The notes under the pieces are model-generated. The model ran no database searches and had not been told where the DNA came from. It worked only from the letters and a program-made list of their open reading frames with translations. This document shows positions 7,063 to 16,615 of a stretch of 32,000 bases of DNA, in pieces; the stretch's first letter is position 1, and each line of letters begins with the position of its first letter. The stretch is from the NCBI GenBank assembly GCA_038858525.1, contig JAWCFL010000017.1, positions 8,502 to 40,501 on the forward strand. The letters are read 5' to 3'. Both the position numbers and the translations under genes were made by a program. Source of the stretch: Candidatus Jordarchaeales archaeon. GTDB taxonomy: Archaea; Asgardarchaeota; Jordiarchaeia; Jordiarchaeales; Freyrarchaeaceae.

Positions 7063-7728
7063 GTGTGCGCATTGTCTATCCCAGCTAAGGATCAGCTCCT
7101 TAAGGAAGTAGAGCGTTGTATTGTCCTGCTCAAAGGCGGAGAGCTAGAAGAGCTTATTGGGGCGTGTTTGAAGAATGGCTTGCCAGCTCTCGAAATTCTA
7201 AGTGCTATGGCGAAGGGAATGGAAGAAGTGGGAAAGAAATACGAGGCACAAGAGTACTTTTTGAGCGAGCTAATTTTTAGTGGTGAGATCTTCAAGAAGG
7301 GAATGAAACTTCTTGAGCCATACTTGAAATGCGAGTCGAAAGAAGAAACGAGCTGCGTCGTAGTCGTTGGAACAGTTATGAACGACCTTCACGACATAGG
7401 GAAAAACATTTTCATAACTCTTCTAATGGCTGCAGGCTTTAAAGTTGTCGATTTAGGAGTAGACGTCCCCCCGGAAAAATTCGTTGAAGCAGTTAAAGAG
7501 AACAACGCAAAGATAGTTGGCATATCCGCCCTCCTAACAAGCACCGCTCCAGGGATACGAGACATCATTAAAATGTTAGAAAAAGAGGACTTAAGAGGAA
7601 AAGTAAAGGTAATTGTGGGCGGCGCAGCCCTAACACATGAGATGGCTAAGGAACTGGGAGCGGACGCTTACGCGGAAACGGCAGTTAGAGGCGTTGATAT
7701 ATGTAAAAAATGGATGATGGAAATCTAA
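7063..7728 (+). CDS. Corrinoid (cobalamin-binding) methyl-carrier protein, MtaC/MtbC/MttC-like
   Basis: Cap helices (MAKGMEEVGKKYE..YFLSEL) and B12 motif GTV.NDLHDIGKN...VVDLGVDV..SALLT..VIVGGA. Probable start is TTG at 7072 after a GAGGTG SD. Confidence 0.9.
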   Translation: MCALSIPAKDQLLKEVERCIVLLKGGELEELIGACLKNGLPALEILSAMAKGMEEVGKKYEAQEYFLSELIFSGEIFKKGMKLLEPYLKCESKEETSCVVVVGTVMNDLHDIGKNIFITLLMAAGFKVVDLGVDVPPEKFVEAVKENNAKIVGISALLTSTAPGIRDIIKMLEKEDLRGKVKVIVGGAALTHEMAKELGADAYAETAVRGVDICKKWMMEI

Positions 7729-7731
7729 CCA

Positions 7732-8679
7732 CTACTTCTTTCTTTCCATACTCCCTGGGTTAGCTATTTTAACTGCTCCTCCTATTTGTTTTAGCACCTC
7801 AAGCGCCTCACTAGGTATGACGTATTTTCTGGCATTTTTATCTCCTATTCTGTTAAGAGTTTCCAGATACTGGAGTGCCATCGTTTTTTCGTCCACAGTC
7901 TTAGCCACTGACGTAATCCTTTCCAATGCTTGGGCATAACCTTCAGCCCGGAGAATCGTCGCTTGCTTGCGCCCCTCAGCTCTTATGCTCAGTGCTTTCC
8001 GCTTTGCTTCTGCCTTCGTGATCATCGCTTGCTTTTCTCCCTCAGCGATAAGTATGGCCGATTCCCTTTTTCCGTTCGCCTCAGTCACAATAGCCCTCCT
8101 AACTCGTTCCGCCTCCATTTGCCGTATCATCGCATCAAGTACTGCTGTTGGAGGCAGAATCTCCCTGATCTCGACCCCCGTAATTTTAACCCCCCATCTT
8201 CCAGTAACCTCGTCAAGCTTTTCCTGAAGAACTGTGTTTATGTGCTCCCTCTCGGCAAGTATTTGGTCTAAGTTTATGTCACCTACAACTGACCGGAGAG
8301 TTGTCTGGGCGATTCCTACCGCTGCAAGTCTCCAGTTTGCAACCCTAATGACTGAGTCAAGCGGAGAAACCACCTTGTGGTATATTATAACGTCTATGTC
8401 TACAGGTGCATTATCCTTAGAAATGCATCGTTGATGAGGGACATCAAAATAATCCTCTCTCAAGTCCACCTTTACCATTCTGTCAATGAATGGAATTACA
8501 AAAATGATTCCCGGCCCCTTCTCCTTCGGAAGCACTCTTCCCAGCCTAAAAATGACGCCTCTCTCATACTCTCGTAGCACTCTTAACCCGCTGAAAAGAA
8601 CAATCAAAATGAAAACAATAACCACAATTAGAGTGGTAATAACTGACGACATATCCATCTGAAGCGGTAACAAAGCCAT
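7732..8679 (-). CDS. SPFH/band-7 stomatin-like membrane protein
   Basis: N-terminal TM helix, ERGVIFRLGR, GPGIIFVIPFID, Q..ISKDN..V, WGVKITGVEIREI, coiled coil AERVRRA..EA.G. Confidence 0.92.
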   Translation of the reverse strand: MALLPLQMDMSSVITTLIVVIVFILIVLFSGLRVLREYERGVIFRLGRVLPKEKGPGIIFVIPFIDRMVKVDLREDYFDVPHQRCISKDNAPVDIDVIIYHKVVSPLDSVIRVANWRLAAVGIAQTTLRSVVGDINLDQILAEREHINTVLQEKLDEVTGRWGVKITGVEIREILPPTAVLDAMIRQMEAERVRRAIVTEANGKRESAILIAEGEKQAMITKAEAKRKALSIRAEGRKQATILRAEGYAQALERITSVAKTVDEKTMALQYLETLNRIGDKNARKYVIPSEALEVLKQIGGAVKIANPGSMERKK

Positions 8680-8846
8680 TTCCCCTCCTCTTACAAATTT
8701 ACTTGCATAAATACGTATTTAATAATGTTTTTCTTCCTGCATAGCCGTTGGTTTCGGCCTCAAATAATTTTTAAAAGTAAAAAATTAAAGCCTTAAACGT
8801 AATAACTTTACCCAGAGAACAGTGGGCTTGTCGCTGAGGGAGAAAA

Positions 8847-11390
8847 TTGTTTCTCATTGATTCCGGTGGTCGCGAGGAAGAAGTCTATGTTGTAGATGTC
8901 GACGCCCAGGTTGGAGTAAGCTCTGGAGCAGTCAGTAAAAATTACAGTTTAAGCGGCCTACACGAGTTCATAAAAGAACTAGAAGGAGAACTTCTTCTCA
9001 AAAGTGCACCTCTCAAGCGTCGGGTTACAAGATTTAATTCCAGCATTTTCCTAAACCTTAAAAATGCTCATTTCAGGAAGCTCAGTAGCTTTGCCGACGA
9101 GTTTTTTGCATCTCCTTTCGTTACGAAGATAGCCAGTAGTGGGGGGAAAGTGGAGTTTGTAATTCAGGAGGTTTCTCGGAACAATGCCTTGGTTTTGAGA
9201 TGGCTTCAAGGGTCCGGCTTTTTTAACACTTCCCCCTTTAGATACGTTCTTCCAGATGAAGTGCCCGATGTACCATACCTTGTCTCGGAGGGGTATCGAG
9301 GGGTACGAACCAAGTTTGATGAAGCTTCATGGTTCGCGACGCTTTACTCTGACCTATCGTACTTCGGAATGCCATTAATAGTTGAAATCTTCAGTAGACG
9401 TGAACTAGACTTGCTAGAAAATTTCATTGAGCAAAGCGAGGTTAATGGAAAACTGGAGAACCCGCTTATAATTGTTCCGTATTTGAGGGAGAAAGTAAGG
9501 TTCGACCTTTATGGTTTAATGGGGGTTAAGAACGTTTTCCTATGTTTTTCTCCTATGTCGCTAACTGCTTTGAAGCAGCTAATTTATGACCTCAATGAAC
9601 TCGACAAAGAGTGGTTTAAACACCTAATCTTCGGAACAGGGTTCCCATTTTCTAGCATGAGGGATATCGTGAATGTTCTCACTTTCCTCCTAAGCGATGA
9701 ATTCCCTGGAGGCTTAAGGGAGCTTAGATGGATTATGGGTTTAAACGCGATGTCCTTTCTTCCTCCAAAAACACAGCGGAAAGGAGATATAGAGAAAGAT
9801 GAAAAATGCATCATTACTAATGGGACGACAGCTAGGTTGCTTTTTTCCTCCCTCAGAAACTTCATGCTTCATGCATTGAAGAGAAACTCTATTTCTTTAG
9901 CTACCTGTGACTGTTTAGCAAGCTTAACTAATGAACGAGTAGACCCAAATAAGTGTTTTATTGTTCTTTCATCGGTCAAAGAAAAGAAGTTTGGAGGCAT
10001 GCTCCTCCTATCAGAAGGCGGTAGCGACACGTTGGCCCTGCTTTTATTAAGGCAGGAAGTTATCAGAAAGGCGAAAAGTAGGTTTGCTGAGGAAGTGCTC
10101 AATCAGCCGGAGATAAAAACTGCCATTTCTAACGCCGTTAAGTTGTCCTCAAGCGAGGACGTGGAGAAGTGGTTAAAGTGGTTTATCGAGCACTACAAGG
10201 AGAACGGCATGATAAGTAGCGATGACATTAACTCGTTCACAGTTCACACATTCAACCTTGGTGATATGTTAGCCTTAATGAATAGAGAGGACATGCGTCT
10301 ACTTGGATTAAATGACGGCGACCTAATACTCGTTAGAGCTACCTTGACTGGAGACTGGTATATCGTTCCTGTAAAGGAGGGTGAAGAGGTTCCAGGAGGA
10401 GAACTTTGGGTTGACGAACGAGTAATCAATACTTGGTATGTTTTTGATGGCGACGTTCTTCAGATTGAAAAGTTTGATGGCGACGTTCCAGCTCTCAAAG
10501 AAATAAGCTTGTTGATCGATGACGAGAAGAAATTACAGGACGCCGAAAAAGTGACGGAGAATGTTCTTGATGGCATTATAGTGGGGCGTGGTTCCCGGCT
10601 GGTGCTTCTGGCAGGCGAAGACATGCCTCTTGTTGCATCAGTTGTGAAATTGGATCCTCCCATTCTGATGGCTGGAACAGTTAAAAAGGGAGAGACCAAG
10701 ATAACCATAGTTCCTAAGAGTACTCTAGCACCCTACAACCTGTTCTTAGTGATAGACCTTTCGGAAAACATGGGTCGAGGTGCTCCTGTCTCCATAGATC
10801 CCGCTGTTATCGAAGAACTAAAATATGTGCTTTCTATGAAAGCTGAGGAGCCCTGTGAGAGGGAACTTAATCGTGCCGTTGCTTCTTCCCTCGCTTCCTC
10901 TTACCTTTTAGTAAAAATGGTTAAGATTAGCCATCTGAGCAAGGTTTTCTTTCTAACGTGCTCAGACGAAGTAAACATGTTTTCAATACTCGAAAAAAGG
11001 AAAGTCTCCCCCTACTTAGAAATGACCCCTCAAAAACAGAACATCATGTTGAGAATTCTTTCATCCCACATGTTCGACAAGTGTAGAGAAGGGTGTAAAG
11101 GAAGAGGAAAACTTCTCGAAGCAGCAAGCAAAATAGAGGAGCTGCTAGGAGACTTAAAGGAAAACGTTCCGTTTCTCGTTCTCTTCGTGGTTCCTAGTGA
11201 TAACTTAGATGAGGCAGTAAAAGCTGCCGAGCTACTGAAGAAAGATAGCAGGATTAGAACCGCCTTCATAAGTATAGGGCCTGACGCTTCCACTTCAAAA
11301 GAACAAAGCCACATATGCTTAAGTGAGGTGAATGCCGCCCTGCTCGACGAGGCTGTTAAACGTTTGCTTAACGTGGTATTCCCCAGTTAA
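8847..11390 (+). CDS. Multidomain protein: degenerate amidohydrolase barrel + Cdc48/p97 N-domain + vWA domain
   Basis: Residues 14-306: VDVDAQ (HxH lost), LIFGTGFPF, IMGLNA. Residues 463-623: MNREDMRLLGLNDGDLILV and LWVDERV...DGDVLQIEK. Residues 630-845: LFLVIDLSENM, VFFLTCSDE, AAELLKKDSRIRTAFISIG. Confidence 0.7.
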   Translation: MFLIDSGGREEEVYVVDVDAQVGVSSGAVSKNYSLSGLHEFIKELEGELLLKSAPLKRRVTRFNSSIFLNLKNAHFRKLSSFADEFFASPFVTKIASSGGKVEFVIQEVSRNNALVLRWLQGSGFFNTSPFRYVLPDEVPDVPYLVSEGYRGVRTKFDEASWFATLYSDLSYFGMPLIVEIFSRRELDLLENFIEQSEVNGKLENPLIIVPYLREKVRFDLYGLMGVKNVFLCFSPMSLTALKQLIYDLNELDKEWFKHLIFGTGFPFSSMRDIVNVLTFLLSDEFPGGLRELRWIMGLNAMSFLPPKTQRKGDIEKDEKCIITNGTTARLLFSSLRNFMLHALKRNSISLATCDCLASLTNERVDPNKCFIVLSSVKEKKFGGMLLLSEGGSDTLALLLLRQEVIRKAKSRFAEEVLNQPEIKTAISNAVKLSSSEDVEKWLKWFIEHYKENGMISSDDINSFTVHTFNLGDMLALMNREDMRLLGLNDGDLILVRATLTGDWYIVPVKEGEEVPGGELWVDERVINTWYVFDGDVLQIEKFDGDVPALKEISLLIDDEKKLQDAEKVTENVLDGIIVGRGSRLVLLAGEDMPLVASVVKLDPPILMAGTVKKGETKITIVPKSTLAPYNLFLVIDLSENMGRGAPVSIDPAVIEELKYVLSMKAEEPCERELNRAVASSLASSYLLVKMVKISHLSKVFFLTCSDEVNMFSILEKRKVSPYLEMTPQKQNIMLRILSSHMFDKCREGCKGRGKLLEAASKIEELLGDLKENVPFLVLFVVPSDNLDEAVKAAELLKKDSRIRTAFISIGPDASTSKEQSHICLSEVNAALLDEAVKRLLNVVFPS

Positions 11391-11464
11391 CTTTCGCTCA
11401 AAGAAAATATTTATCCAACTGCTTTCAATTATTTTTCTTTGAAAGTTTAATGGAAGGATGCATA

Positions 11465-12517
11465 ATGTCAGGTGACGTAGAAGTAGAGTTTGAGCCTTGG
11501 AGCAGAAGGTCGATGATTGCCGGGACATCCTATGTTGTCCAGATAGGTAAAGTGGAGGGAGAATGGGCTGTCTGCATATTTAGGGGAAGAGACATTATAT
11601 CAGTCAAAAAAACTGGAACATTAGATATAAACGTGCTAACATCCATTATATACAGTAGCCTTGCTACCCCTCCATCTCACTACGCTATAATGAGGGCTCT
11701 AAGCAACCTTATTAGAGAAGCAAAGGTTAGGCAAGCGCCTTTAACGGCGCCGCCTCCACAGGAGCAAGCGGCACAGCAACCTCTCCTCCAACAACCTGAG
11801 ACTACCCCACACGAGGCGGCAGGCGTTGTGGAAGAGCCTCAGCCTCAAGCCTCTCCTCCAACCGTTACTGTTAAAACTGAGGCAGAGGAGCCCGAAAAGG
11901 CAGTCAGCGAAAGCTTCCAAGAATTCTTTAAAGCCGCTGAACCAGTAGTCAAAGAGGAAGCAATGCCTCCTCCAACACCAACACCTCGCAGGGAAGTTGA
12001 AACTGTAAAAGTTGAAACTACAAAAGAAGTAACCATAGAAGACATGCCATTTCCAGAAAAGTGGGAAAAAACAGTCTCTAGTCTTATGCTTCTTTGGGGA
12101 ATAGCAGTATCCTTCGTTACGGAAAAAGCTAAGAAAAGAGCTGACGAACTTTGGAGCTACTATCGCTCCTTAATAAAAGAGTCCTGGAGTAGAGTTAAAG
12201 AAACGGACTTCAAGGAGTTAGTGAAACTTTTCATTTCTCAATGTCGCCTTATGGGGGCAAACGTTAAAGTTGAAAAACTAACCGAAAACACATTTGAATC
12301 CAGCATAGATTGTCTAGCATCAAAATTCAGGGAAAAATACAAGGACATCCTAAACCTTCCGCCAGAGTTTCCATGTATAATATGCCAGATGAGAGGTGAA
12401 GAAATCGGAAAGCTCCATGGTTTCAATGTCGAAGTCATTAGCAGAGAAGGCGGATGCAAAATAAGGATTCATGGTCCAACCAAAAAGGAGACAGGAGAAC
12501 CGCCAATTATAATTTAA
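11465..12517 (+). CDS. Two-domain protein with P/Q/E-rich linker and C-terminal Cys-containing V4R/ATC-hydrolase-like domain
   Basis: ORF track start 11450; ATG at 11465 preferred. Low-complexity residues about 95-195. C-terminal IDC...PCIIC...GGCKIRI pattern. Confidence 0.6.
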   Translation: MSGDVEVEFEPWSRRSMIAGTSYVVQIGKVEGEWAVCIFRGRDIISVKKTGTLDINVLTSIIYSSLATPPSHYAIMRALSNLIREAKVRQAPLTAPPPQEQAAQQPLLQQPETTPHEAAGVVEEPQPQASPPTVTVKTEAEEPEKAVSESFQEFFKAAEPVVKEEAMPPPTPTPRREVETVKVETTKEVTIEDMPFPEKWEKTVSSLMLLWGIAVSFVTEKAKKRADELWSYYRSLIKESWSRVKETDFKELVKLFISQCRLMGANVKVEKLTENTFESSIDCLASKFREKYKDILNLPPEFPCIICQMRGEEIGKLHGFNVEVISREGGCKIRIHGPTKKETGEPPIII

Positions 12518-12571
12518 ACCTAGATGAACTCAGAGGCTCCTCAATTTGTCTTCTTTAACCAATCGCCTTTC

Positions 12572-13759
12572 TTAACAAGAAGAAATAAACTCTTCTATTT
12601 TATTGAAAGCTTCCTCAAGCACCTCCATGGGAGGCAAGAACACTATTCTCACATGTCCTCTCCCCATCTCTCCGAATCCGGAGCCGCTTACGAGGAGCAC
12701 GCCCTTACTTTTAAGTAGTTCTACCACGAATTCGTCATCCCTCTTCCACTTCTCCAAATTCAGTTTTGGGAATATGTAAAACGCTCCCTGTGGCTTCTCG
12801 CAGTAAACTCCTGTAAGCTCGTTTAAACGCTTAAACGAGTAATCCCTTCTCTCTCTTAATGATGAGACCAGTTCCTTTATATGTTCTCTCGACCCATTAA
12901 GCGCTGCTACTCCAGCTACTTGAGCCGGCGTATTTACTGAAAGCCTCATACGCGCCATCTTCTTAACTCCCTCCTTTAAGCCGTCAAGAACGCCCTCTGG
13001 ATCATAGAAGTAAACGTAGCCTAGCCTCCAGCCGGTGATCAGATATGTTTTTGAAAGACCATTAAGCCCTATTACTGGAACGTCATATGAGATAGACGCA
13101 GTACTTTTAAAACTCCCATCATAAACTATTTGGTCATAAATCTCATCTGAGATCACAGGGATGCCGTGTTCTCCCGCGACATCTATTATTTCTTTTACCG
13201 TTTTTTCAGAGTAGACGGCGCCTGAAGGGTTGTTTGGATTAATTAACACAATTCCTCTTACTTTTTCTCCCACTTTGCTTCTTATGTCGTCAATGTCGGG
13301 CTTCCAACCTTCCTCTTCCATGCACCTGTATGTTTTAGGGTTGACTCCGCTGAGAAAGGAATATGAAATATATGGAGGATAAGATGGGTCAGGGACCAGT
13401 ATTTCGTCGCCTACATCAGCTATAGCTTGCAAAACCAGTTGGATCCCCTCGGAAACTCCCGCAGTAACAACCACATCGTCTGGTGTTAAACCGTTCACTT
13501 TATTGACTTCCCGCTCCTTTCTACATATCGCCTCTCTAAGCTTTGGGATCCCCTCCGAGGGGGCATAGTAAGAGTTTCCCTCTATAGAAGCCTTGGCAAG
13601 TGCCTCCCTTATGTGCGCTGGCGTCTCAAAGAAGAGAGCCGGGTCACCTATATTCAAGTATATTATTCTTCTCCCTTCATTCTCGAGCTTCTTGGCATAG
13701 TTCACGAGATCCCTTATAGCGTAATTTATCATAGAGACTCTTTTGCTTCCTAGAGGCAC
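12572..13759 (-). CDS. PLP-dependent class I/II aminotransferase, alanine aminotransferase (AlaA)-like
   Basis: YAIRD..YLNIGDP, YAPSEG, INPNNPSG, ISDEIYD, GLSKTYLITGWRLG. Confidence 0.9.
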   Translation of the reverse strand: MPLGSKRVSMINYAIRDLVNYAKKLENEGRRIIYLNIGDPALFFETPAHIREALAKASIEGNSYYAPSEGIPKLREAICRKEREVNKVNGLTPDDVVVTAGVSEGIQLVLQAIADVGDEILVPDPSYPPYISYSFLSGVNPKTYRCMEEEGWKPDIDDIRSKVGEKVRGIVLINPNNPSGAVYSEKTVKEIIDVAGEHGIPVISDEIYDQIVYDGSFKSTASISYDVPVIGLNGLSKTYLITGWRLGYVYFYDPEGVLDGLKEGVKKMARMRLSVNTPAQVAGVAALNGSREHIKELVSSLRERRDYSFKRLNELTGVYCEKPQGAFYIFPKLNLEKWKRDDEFVVELLKSKGVLLVSGSGFGEMGRGHVRIVFLPPMEVLEEAFNKIEEFISSC

Positions 13760-13791
13760 TCGCGATCCTCCAGTTTTTACTCAATTTAGAG

Positions 13792-15237
13792 TTAAAGCCC
13801 GCCTTTTAGCTTTATCGCTTCCAAGAAGTGTTCAAGTTCCCCCCTAAACCCTAACTCCTTCGCCTTCCTCCTGGTGAATCCCTTTTTAAGGGCGATCCTC
13901 CTCAGGGCTTTATCAACTCCAGAACCATACTGAAAAGCCAGTTTCCTTCTCTCAACAGCAGACCTAGGCGTATGAAAATGCTCAGCCATAATTCTCAAAA
14001 TATACTTCCTGATGTACTCTTCGTTTTTCACTGTCACTTTGTATTGTGGCGGAATTCTAATGGCATATTCTACAAGGCGCGCATCGAGAAATGGGCGACG
14101 CAGAAGAACCCCTACAATTCCCGCAACCTCCTCCTCCCTTACAAGGTCGTTCTCTGAGAGCGCCGTGAAAGACGAAGTAAGCGCCGACTGTAACGCTTCA
14201 TATCCTCCCTCTTTCAATACCGAGACGAACTTCGAGTATCCTCCGAAAAGCTCATCGGCTCCCGTGCCGTTCATCACGCGGTCACATCCATCCTCACGGG
14301 CGGCGTCAAGCGCGAATAAAAGGGGGATCGCAAGTTCCACGTTTAACACATTCCCTCCAATAACACCCACCACAGTGGGAAGAACAGCTTCCAACTCTTC
14401 CTCAGATATACTTCTCACCTTCACCTCCAAGCCAATCTCCTCACCTGTTAATATGGCATTCTCCACATCTTTACTCCCCTCAACGCCTGAGCAATACAGC
14501 TTACACTTAACTCCAAGCTCACAGAGTGTAGACACTATTAGGGTGCTGTCAAGCCCCCCGGAGAAAAGAACTCCCACCCTTCCCCTGCTCCTCTTTAGGA
14601 CCGCATTTTTAAATATCCGGGAAAGTTCCTCTACAGCCTCCTCTAACCGGATACTTTTTTCGTAACCTTTCAGCGCATGGCGCCACAGATAAATGCCTCT
14701 TAATTCTCCCTCGTAAGCCCTTATAACTGACCCTGCGGGAGCTACTCTTACCTCAAATCCTGCCCTCGCAACAACACTCTTCCTATTCGAAAAAATTGTA
14801 ACTCCCCCTTTTGAACCATAATATAGCACCCTACATCCTATCTCGTCTCTCACTGCTGTTATGCAATCTTTCCCAAGCAGTAGCGCTGCAACCTCCGCTT
14901 CCGTCTTTCTCAGAAAATCCCTAACCTCTCCTCCCTCTGATGCTTCAAGAATCCCCTTAGCAAACTCTTCCCGGCTTCTCTCATACGTCTCCCCAACTCC
15001 TACGGAAACGCCTCCCTCCCCGTTAAAGTAAAACCAGTCGTCTCCTCCAACAGCAACTCCGACGCAGTTTTTCACATTGCTCTGGGGTGCATTTTTTCGC
15101 TCCTCAATAAGAATACATTCATCTCCAGAAGACGCGTAAAGTAATCTTCCTTCATCTAAGAGCAAGTCGGCCATCAACCTGAAAGCAGGGATCTCCTTTC
15201 GCGAACAAACACCAAGTATTACGCTCAAAACGTCCAC
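13792..15237 (-). CDS. asnB: Asparagine synthetase B-like protein (Ntn domain + ATP-PPase synthetase domain)
   Basis: AVRDEIGCRVLYY, LFSGGLDS, NGTGADELFGGY, RPFLD, RKLAFQYGSG. No N-terminal catalytic Cys is visible. Confidence 0.75.
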   Translation of the reverse strand: MDVLSVILGVCSRKEIPAFRLMADLLLDEGRLLYASSGDECILIEERKNAPQSNVKNCVGVAVGGDDWFYFNGEGGVSVGVGETYERSREEFAKGILEASEGGEVRDFLRKTEAEVAALLLGKDCITAVRDEIGCRVLYYGSKGGVTIFSNRKSVVARAGFEVRVAPAGSVIRAYEGELRGIYLWRHALKGYEKSIRLEEAVEELSRIFKNAVLKRSRGRVGVLFSGGLDSTLIVSTLCELGVKCKLYCSGVEGSKDVENAILTGEEIGLEVKVRSISEEELEAVLPTVVGVIGGNVLNVELAIPLLFALDAAREDGCDRVMNGTGADELFGGYSKFVSVLKEGGYEALQSALTSSFTALSENDLVREEEVAGIVGVLLRRPFLDARLVEYAIRIPPQYKVTVKNEEYIRKYILRIMAEHFHTPRSAVERRKLAFQYGSGVDKALRRIALKKGFTRRKAKELGFRGELEHFLEAIKLKGGL

Positions 15238-15313
15238 CTGTTTTTAACTCAGCCGCCTTTTTCCACTCAGAATTTTTATAACTTGCTTAAAATCTTGTTT
15301 GCGTGTTTAAGAG

Positions 15314-16615
15314 GTGTTCTTTTTGGCGAGTGGGCATATAGTGGAAGAACTAAAAAAGGGGTGCGAGTTATACCGGCCGAACTATAAGCAAAACATATTC
15401 TCCGTTATTCCAACTGCACTGAAGATTTTAGGGGCTGAACCTGACCGGACAAATTTGCTTTCAAATAGAAAATTCAAGAGACACCTTGAGGAAGCCTGTT
15501 GCTTTGACGTGGATAAGATAGTGTGCATTATAATTGACTCTGTCGGCGTAAAGCAGTTTTCCTTCTTCGAAAAAATGAACAGCGCATGGGATTCGCTTGG
15601 GAAACCCGCTCTTTCATCAGTCTTCCCAACGGTAACCTCTTCAGCCATAGTGTCAATTCATTTTGGTTTGCCTCCAGAGAGGCATGGCATTGTAGGGCAT
15701 AAAGTGTGGTTCCAGCAGCTTGGAACAGTTGTAGACACACTTAAAATGGCGTCCATTAAGGCGCCCTCCACGGATAGACTTGTAAGAAGCGGGATTGACG
15801 TCCGCGTCCTTCTATTAGAAAACAACCTATATCGCACGCTCAATGATACTGGCATAGTCCACTTTGAACTAATGCCGTCAAGCATAGCTAAGATAGGTCT
15901 GTCTCATGTTCTCGGTGTTGAGGACACCACGTTAGAATTCGAGAATTTGGTAGACGCCTTCTCCACTCTACGCTCGATATTAAATAAATATGCTGAACGG
16001 AAAGCGCTGATAAACCTCTACTTTGACATGACGGACGTCATAAGCCACAAGTATGGCCCTCTCAGCGAGGAATACAGGCTTACCGCCCACCACATAGAAG
16101 AAGTCTTCTCGCACTTCTTAAAGCACTTAAACGACAACAAAGTTGCCTTCATGTTCTTCAGTGATCATGGACAGGAAGAGATATCCAAAGAAAAAATAAC
16201 TAACGTACTAGAAGAAGAAGCAGGATCTGTCGCACAATACCTTAAAAGCCCGCCGGGGAGGTCTGGCCGCGTCGTCCATTTTTATGTTAAGGATGGAAAG
16301 GAAGACGATGTAAGGGGATGGGTTAAAGAAAAAGTTGGGGAAAACGGCTTACTCATGGACTTTGACGAGGCCTGCAGAGTTTTTAGTCTCAAACCAAAGG
16401 GAAAGTTCAGAAGCGAGATTAAGTCTAGAATGGGAGACCTTCTACTAGTCATGAATGCAGGGGCAGAGCTAAGGTTTCAAAGGAAAGAAGAGAAAGAGAA
16501 ATTAATTGAAGAAGAGTGGAGGGGATCCCATGGATCGATGACCTCAAACGAGTTGCTGGTTCCATTGTTAGCTGCAAGGTCGGACATCCTGAAAAAACTT
16601 ATGGGGTTAAATTGA
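15314..16615 (+). CDS. Alkaline phosphatase superfamily protein (nucleotide pyrophosphatase/phosphodiesterase type)
   Basis: IIIDSVG, SVFPTVT (Thr nucleophile), HGIVG, DVISHKYGP, FSDHG, GSHGS. Probable start is TTG at 15323. Confidence 0.9.
   Translation: MFFLASGHIVEELKKGCELYRPNYKQNIFSVIPTALKILGAEPDRTNLLSNRKFKRHLEEACCFDVDKIVCIIIDSVGVKQFSFFEKMNSAWDSLGKPALSSVFPTVTSSAIVSIHFGLPPERHGIVGHKVWFQQLGTVVDTLKMASIKAPSTDRLVRSGIDVRVLLLENNLYRTLNDTGIVHFELMPSSIAKIGLSHVLGVEDTTLEFENLVDAFSTLRSILNKYAERKALINLYFDMTDVISHKYGPLSEEYRLTAHHIEEVFSHFLKHLNDNKVAFMFFSDHGQEEISKEKITNVLEEEAGSVAQYLKSPPGRSGRVVHFYVKDGKEDDVRGWVKEKVGENGLLMDFDEACRVFSLKPKGKFRSEIKSRMGDLLLVMNAGAELRFQRKEEKEKLIEEEWRGSHGSMTSNELLVPLLAARSDILKKLMGLN

Noticed and set aside
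7011-7065. Shared motif AATTTTTATA(A)CTTG...TTTAAGAGGTG upstream of the corrinoid gene and of the AP gene (15271-15316)
   Set aside because: Explained by generic TATA box plus SD elements; the spacing differs (49 vs 40 nt), so it is not evidence of a regulon.
11740-12040. Possible DNA tandem repeat in the Pro/Gln-rich linker
   Set aside because: Only amino-acid compositional bias; no repeated nucleotide unit.
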